Source of the DNA: Spirochaetota bacterium
GTDB lineage: Bacteria; Spirochaetota; UBA4802; UBA5550
DNA length: 64,000 nucleotides
Assembly: GCA_963664815.2 (NCBI GenBank)
Contig: CAXXHB010000003.1
Coordinates: 1,248,001 to 1,312,000, forward strand
Reading direction: 5' to 3'
Part shown: one piece after another, positions 59,105-64,000 of the stretch
How positions within the stretch are numbered: the first letter of the stretch is position 1
Layout of the letters: each line of letters begins with the position of its first letter
Position numbers and translations under genes: made by a program
Notes under the pieces: generated by a model
Told to the model about the DNA's origin: nothing
Database searches by the model: none
Seen by the model: only the letters and a program-made list of their open reading frames with translations

Positions 59105-59565
59105 TTAAGCATCTCGTTTTGTAAAGTATATTAAGAACCGTATTAAAAGACAATTCATGGTCTGGTGTTTTTCCCCCTGTCATTGATAGCTGCCCGAATG
59201 TATTTCTGTAAAAGAATCTCCTGATGTCGCGTGAAGTCATGTCAGTGCGTTCAGTATACCAGTCTGCAGACAAATGACGGGAAATCATGAAAACAACTGA
59301 CTGGCCCATCCATGAATATCAGGTGGATCGGGTATGGTTGATTTTACACAGTAGTTTTGAATGTCAATTAAAACTATATTCAGATTTATCATCGTTTCAT
59401 GATTCCTGAAACGTAAATTCAAAAAGCTGTGGGTTAAAACTATTTATCATGTAAGCCACCTCTTTTATAACAGGTGCACCAATATTCATTAATCATTTAA
59501 TTGAGTCATATATATAAACTGCTGAATACAATATATAAAAAAAAGGGATTTTGTCAACACCGGCC

Positions 59566-59605
59566 TGTTGGCCACTTTGTCTGATGAAGTGGCCAACATC
59601 AGACA
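59566..59605. repeat. Interlocked inverted repeats (A-B-A'-B')
   Basis: TGTTGGCCACTT / AAGTGGCCAACA 12-bp stem whose loop TGTCTGATG is complementary to the downstream CATCAGACA. Confidence 0.9.
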
Positions 59606-60270
59606 TCTGTCAAAACTGAGATTCGGGAGTAGGAAGAACCTGTTAAAACCGCTACAATACTGTTTCAATACTGTTTAAGGCGGAGAAAAACAAGTGTCTA
59701 CAACCGTCAGTAAGGTGTTTGAGATGAATTTGAAGCGAAACTGACCTTTTTGTAAAGAGAATCGGGCTTTTGGCATGAATCTGCTATGGAATTGCATATA
59801 ATTCAGCTGGTAAATGACCTGTGATACATTCTTGTATGCTATGCTAATTCGCAGGTAATCCTGTTAATCCGGTAATCGTGTTCAGAAATATATAACAGGT
59901 TTAAGTACGGAACCGGTTTCTTAGTAGTTATCCCACCAATGTAAAAGATATGTGTAGTTATCAGCATGGTGGAAAGTTTATGAATAAACGGTTTATATAA
60001 TATAAAAATTATTGTGGACTTTTTTTATAATTACAATCTCATATAACTGTTTCCGGAGAAAAAAGATAAATAGCTGAAGGGAATCATAATCGTCCCGAAT
60101 TGAAAAAGATATTATAACATTATATCGCCGGAATCATGATATGGCTCTCAGTTTACAGTGATGAATTTGAATAACAGGCAATCCTTCGTTATCGTCACTC
60201 TATAAATGGCATAGATGTGCAGATTCAGGTAAACAGTGTTAAATAAAAAACCTTAATATGGAGAAGCTAA

Positions 60271-62055
60271 ATGGAATATTTCAGAAGACTTTATTCATTC
60301 GTAGAGGGAGTCTGGTGGTACAGACAGCTTAGAAATAAAAAAGAGATCTCTCTGGGGAGTGTTCTTGAAAAACAGGCTGCAAAATACAAAGATAAACCGC
60401 TGATACTTTTTGAAGACAGGGAAATTTCATACACACTTTTCAATGAAACTGCCAACAGGCATTCGCATCTTTTCCAGAAAAGGGGATTTATTAAAGGGGA
60501 TACTGTTGCTGTTCTTATGGACAACAGGCCGGAGTTTCTCATGGTTCACGCCGGCCTTGCGAAAATAGGTGTAGTCCCCGCTCTTGTCAACAGTAATATA
60601 AAAGGGCAGGTGCTTACTCATGCAATAAATATAGTCGAGGCAAGGGCGCTGATAGTAGGAGCCGAATATTTAGGTGAATATCTGAAAATCAGAAATGACA
60701 TTAAATTCAAAAGACCGGCCAGCGTTTTTGTTGAAACGGGAAACAGCGATATAAAACTTCCAGCCGGAGTGGAGGATCTGAATAAGCTTATTTCAGCAGA
60801 GCCTGTCTCAAATCCCTCAATTCTTCCCCCTGTGAATTCAAAGGATGTGCTCGAATATATTTATACCTCCGGCACTACGGGACTCCCGAAGGCTACCGAA
60901 TTAAAGCATCAGAAGTGGCTTCAGCTTGGTTTTGCATCCGGCGGATATTCCCTAAGATCCCTGCCGGAAGATGTAATGTATATCTGTCTTCCGCTTTACC
61001 ATAACAGTGGTATAAACATAGCATGGTCTGTATCGCTAACACACGGCGGAACTGTCGCACTAAGAAGAAAGTTTTCAGCAGGGAGCTTCTGGGATGATAT
61101 AAGAAAATATAAGGCTACGCTCTTTGTATACATAGGTGAGCTGTGCAGGTATCTGAACAATCAGCCGCTGAAGGAGAATGATTCTGACAATACGCTGAAG
61201 TATATTCTCGGCAACGGGTTAAGGGGAGATTACTGGCTGGAGTTTCAGAACAGGTTCGGTATTAAAAAAATAGTGGAGGTTTACGGCGCTACTGAAGGTG
61301 TCGGCGCAATCGGCAATGTTAAAGGGGTACCGGGGATGATAGGTAAGCTGAGCGGCGGAGGTGTGCGGATGGGGGAGGTTGTTAAATATGATATGGACAA
61401 AGAGGAGATAATACGAGACGATTCCGGTCTTGCTGTTAAATGCAAACCTGAAGAGACAGGGTTGTTCCTTGCCGCAATAAACAATACCAATCCCTTTCCC
61501 GGGTACAAGAATAACAAGAATGCAACAAATTCCAAGATCATTGAAGATGTTTTTAAAAAGGGGGATATGTACTTTATAAGCGGCGATCTTTTTAAGGTAC
61601 ACAGAAAGGGTTATGTTTCATTTGTTGACAGACTGGGAGATACTTTCAAGTGGAAGGGTGAGGTTGTTGCAACAAATGAAGTTTCAGATATACTGAGCAG
61701 GTTCGGAGCTTTTGAAGACTGCAATGTATATGGTGTTACAGTGAAAAACACTGAGGGTCGCGCGGGAATGGCCGCGCTTACTCTGCTTCCCGGCATGAAG
61801 TTTGATCTTAACGGATTCGCGTCGTATATTACCGATAACCTCGCAGTATATGCCAGGCCATACTTTATACGTATAAGAAAAGAGATAGATGCCACCGCTA
61901 GTTTTAAGCAGTTAAAATCAAACCTTCAGAACGAGGGGTTCAATCCTGTTAAAATAAAAGATCCACTGTATTTTCTTGAGCCTGGAAAGAACAGGTATAT
62001 TAAAATTACCAAGAAAGTTCATGATGATATAGAGAAGGGCCATTACAGGTTCTAA
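60271..62055 (+). CDS. Long-chain acyl-CoA synthetase, FATP/SLC27 type
   Basis: YIYTSGTTGLPKA, YIGELCRYL, EVYGATEG, FVDRLGDTFKWKGEVV. Confidence 0.93.
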   Translation: MEYFRRLYSFVEGVWWYRQLRNKKEISLGSVLEKQAAKYKDKPLILFEDREISYTLFNETANRHSHLFQKRGFIKGDTVAVLMDNRPEFLMVHAGLAKIGVVPALVNSNIKGQVLTHAINIVEARALIVGAEYLGEYLKIRNDIKFKRPASVFVETGNSDIKLPAGVEDLNKLISAEPVSNPSILPPVNSKDVLEYIYTSGTTGLPKATELKHQKWLQLGFASGGYSLRSLPEDVMYICLPLYHNSGINIAWSVSLTHGGTVALRRKFSAGSFWDDIRKYKATLFVYIGELCRYLNNQPLKENDSDNTLKYILGNGLRGDYWLEFQNRFGIKKIVEVYGATEGVGAIGNVKGVPGMIGKLSGGGVRMGEVVKYDMDKEEIIRDDSGLAVKCKPEETGLFLAAINNTNPFPGYKNNKNATNSKIIEDVFKKGDMYFISGDLFKVHRKGYVSFVDRLGDTFKWKGEVVATNEVSDILSRFGAFEDCNVYGVTVKNTEGRAGMAALTLLPGMKFDLNGFASYITDNLAVYARPYFIRIRKEIDATASFKQLKSNLQNEGFNPVKIKDPLYFLEPGKNRYIKITKKVHDDIEKGHYRF

Positions 62056-62247
62056 GGTTAATAATTATACTGAAACTCTGTTCACTCACGGCCGCATCAG
62101 CTGCCGGTTTCGGCTGCCACAGTTTTGAATAGTGTTTCGTTGCAGGTATCAGTTCTTCAGCAAGTCCAGTATATTTCTTGACAGAAATAAATCCGGGAAT
62201 TTGCTATTATTAATTACCGATTATAAAAGTAATCACCGGAGTTTTAA

Positions 62248-63318
62248 ATGAGAGTAAACAGGCTTAAGAAAATTCTCAGTGAAAAGCAGAGTTTTCCTTA
62301 TCTGATTACAGATCTGAATAATATTAAATACCTTACGGGATTTTCAGGTTCTAATGCATCTCTTGTCATTGATGAGAGAAAATCCTTTTTCATCTCAGAT
62401 TCAAGATATGAGGAATATGTCAAATCGATACTCTCCGGAAGTTTCAGGTTTATTCTGCAGGAGGGGAGTACGGCTGATGCTCTTAAGGATTGTTTACAGA
62501 AAATTGAAAAGAAGAAACTTTTTATAGAATCTCATAATGTAACCCTTTCACAATTTTCTGACATGAAGAAGGGACTGAAGGGTATAAAATTAATTTCCAT
62601 GGATGATGATCCTGTCAGTACTTTGAGGATGGTTAAGGATGAGGGGGAGATTAATATACTCAGGGAAGCGGCTGCAATTACAGACAGCTGTTTTTACCAT
62701 CTTCTTAAATTCATCAGACCGGGTATAACTGAGTGGGATATTGCCATTGAAATTGAAACATATTATAAAAAAAACGGGTGTACTGCCTGTTCCTTTGATT
62801 CGATAGTGGCTTCCGGTTCAGCGTCATCCATGCCTCATTATATGCCGTCTATGGATAAAAAAATCAAGGCTGGTGAAATTTTACTGATTGACATGGGATG
62901 TATGTATAAAGGTTATAATTCGGACTTGACAAGAACTGTATTTATAGGGAAAATAGATAACTCTCTTGAAAAGATATACAATATTGTACTTGAGGCTCAG
63001 GGGAAGGCCCTTAATGCGGTCAGGGCGGGTATTGAAACCTGTGAGCTTGATAATGCTGCCCGTTCGGTTATTGCGGATTATGGTTACGGAGAAAATTTCG
63101 GTCATGGCCTTGGACATGGCGTGGGGATCGAGATTCACGAAATGCCTGCCGTTAAGAAAAGCGGCAGTATAAAATTAAAAAAAAATATGGTCATTACTAT
63201 TGAACCGGGAATATATATTCCGGGAAGCGGCGGCGTAAGGATTGAAGATATGGTTCTTGTCAATTCCGGAGGTTGTGAAGTACTGACTAAATGTTCCAAA
63301 GAATTAATAGTTATTTAA
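62248..63318 (+). CDS. pepP: Xaa-Pro aminopeptidase (M24B)
   Basis: YLTGFSGS, IDMG...YNSDLTRT, HGLGHGVGIEIHE, TIEPGIY, GGVRIED; upstream of efp. Confidence 0.93.
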   Translation: MRVNRLKKILSEKQSFPYLITDLNNIKYLTGFSGSNASLVIDERKSFFISDSRYEEYVKSILSGSFRFILQEGSTADALKDCLQKIEKKKLFIESHNVTLSQFSDMKKGLKGIKLISMDDDPVSTLRMVKDEGEINILREAAAITDSCFYHLLKFIRPGITEWDIAIEIETYYKKNGCTACSFDSIVASGSASSMPHYMPSMDKKIKAGEILLIDMGCMYKGYNSDLTRTVFIGKIDNSLEKIYNIVLEAQGKALNAVRAGIETCELDNAARSVIADYGYGENFGHGLGHGVGIEIHEMPAVKKSGSIKLKKNMVITIEPGIYIPGSGGVRIEDMVLVNSGGCEVLTKCSKELIVI

Positions 63319-63327
63319 GAGGTTTTT

Positions 63328-63894
63328 ATGGTTTCAGTTAATGATTTAAAAAGAGGACTTGTTGTCAAACTTGACGGGGAGCTCTATTCTGTTATTGAAT
63401 ATCAGCATGTTAAACCGGCCCGAGGTGCGGCTTTTGTAAGAGTAAAGCTGAGACATGTAAAAAAGGGGTCCGTTATAGACAGGACATTCAGGGGCGGTGA
63501 AAAAGTTGAAGATGTAAAACTTGTAAAAAGGCCTATGCAGTATCTTTATGAAGAGGGTGATTCTCTTGTGTTTATGGATACGGAATCATACGAGCAGGAT
63601 TCAATTCCGAAAAAAGCGATAGGTGATGCTCTGCAGTTTATGAAAGAAGAGGACATCGTTGATATAGCCATGTATGAAGGTGAGCCTGTGACAGTTGAGC
63701 CTCCGCAGTTTGTTGTTCTTAAAGTGACTTATGCCGAACCGGGACTTAAAGGAGATACTGCTACTAATGTGCTTAAACCTGTAAAGGTTGAAACAGGCGC
63801 GGAGGTAAGGGTTCCTCTTTTTGTCAATGAAGGGGATTATATCAAGATCAATACTCAGACCCGTGAGTATGTGGAAAGGACAAAACAGCCCTGA
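63328..63894 (+). CDS. efp: Elongation factor P
   Basis: HVKPARGAAFVR loop, FMDTESYEQ, EPGLKGDTA, VPLFVNEG..IKINT..YVER. Confidence 0.96.
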   Translation: MVSVNDLKRGLVVKLDGELYSVIEYQHVKPARGAAFVRVKLRHVKKGSVIDRTFRGGEKVEDVKLVKRPMQYLYEEGDSLVFMDTESYEQDSIPKKAIGDALQFMKEEDIVDIAMYEGEPVTVEPPQFVVLKVTYAEPGLKGDTATNVLKPVKVETGAEVRVPLFVNEGDYIKINTQTREYVERTKQP

Positions 63895-63895
63895 T

Positions 63896-64000
63896 ATGGA
63901 ACTCCCGGGGAAATTATCTGAACTGATGAGTGAGAGTCCGGGGAAAACGGTCGGCGCCATAGCCGGCCTTGTTCTTGGCATTCTTGTTCTTGTTTTTGGC
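63896..64000 (+). CDS. Partial small membrane protein (DUF2273-like), runs off the window end
   Basis: ATG 63896, open to the end: MELPGKLSELMSESPGKTVGAIAGLVLGILVLVFG. Confidence 0.65.
   Translation, partial: MELPGKLSELMSESPGKTVGAIAGLVLGILVLVFG

Noticed and set aside
59052-59309. 85-aa minus-strand ORF upstream of the phosphoesterase-NTase gene
   Set aside because: Overlaps the real gene by 53 bp, has no convincing RBS and no recognisable motif.
59770-59800. Sigma54 promoter-like TGGCA...TGC (also near 60207)
   Set aside because: GG-to-GC spacing is 9 nt rather than the required 10.
6807-62210. TTGACA boxes with 21-bp spacing to a TAnnnT (6807 and 62178) as a novel promoter class
   Set aside because: Only two cases, TAnnnT is common in AT-rich DNA, other promoters here have 16-17-bp spacing, and 62202-10 is explained as an extended -10 (TGCTATTAT).
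1425-63981. Numerous antisense or alternate-frame ORFs nested in long genes
   Set aside because: They lie wholly within well-supported genes and lack motifs or RBS; treated as shadow ORFs.

Overview
AT-rich bacterial chromosomal segment, most likely from a Spirochaetota lineage. This is inferred from a FlgE carrying the spirochaete lysinoalanine K/CN signature, stand-alone cheX and thyX; glpABC suggests an anaerobic or facultative lifestyle. The first ~34 kb is mostly housekeeping: glmS, eda, mreBCD-mrdA-rodA, fliK-flgD-flgE, thyX, cheX, queC-comF, polyprenyl synthase, tcdA, tatD, glpABC and dxs. The stretch at ~35-57 kb is rich in signalling genes (PAS kinase/NarL pair, two MCPs, cheW, two diguanylate cyclases, a hybrid kinase) and also holds Nramp, a His-rich protein and a csp. 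The window ends with a FATP-type acyl-CoA synthetase, pepP, efp and a partial membrane-protein gene. I found no rRNA, tRNA, transposase, integrase or cas gene. The most striking feature is comF, which is frameshifted by a 64-bp insertion: an exact 30-bp duplication of its own coding sequence flanking 34 bp of extra DNA. This repeat-spacer-repeat geometry resembles an ectopic CRISPR spacer integration or a reversible gene switch. Other notable items are a metallophosphoesterase-nucleotidyltransferase fusion, a structured leader before a His-rich protein, an EF-P with an Arg-tipped PARG loop, a tatD that needs a non-canonical (probably CTG) start, an interlocked A-B-A'-B' inverted repeat and a perfect 35-bp palindrome before thyX. 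All product calls come from motif recognition by eye; no searches were run.
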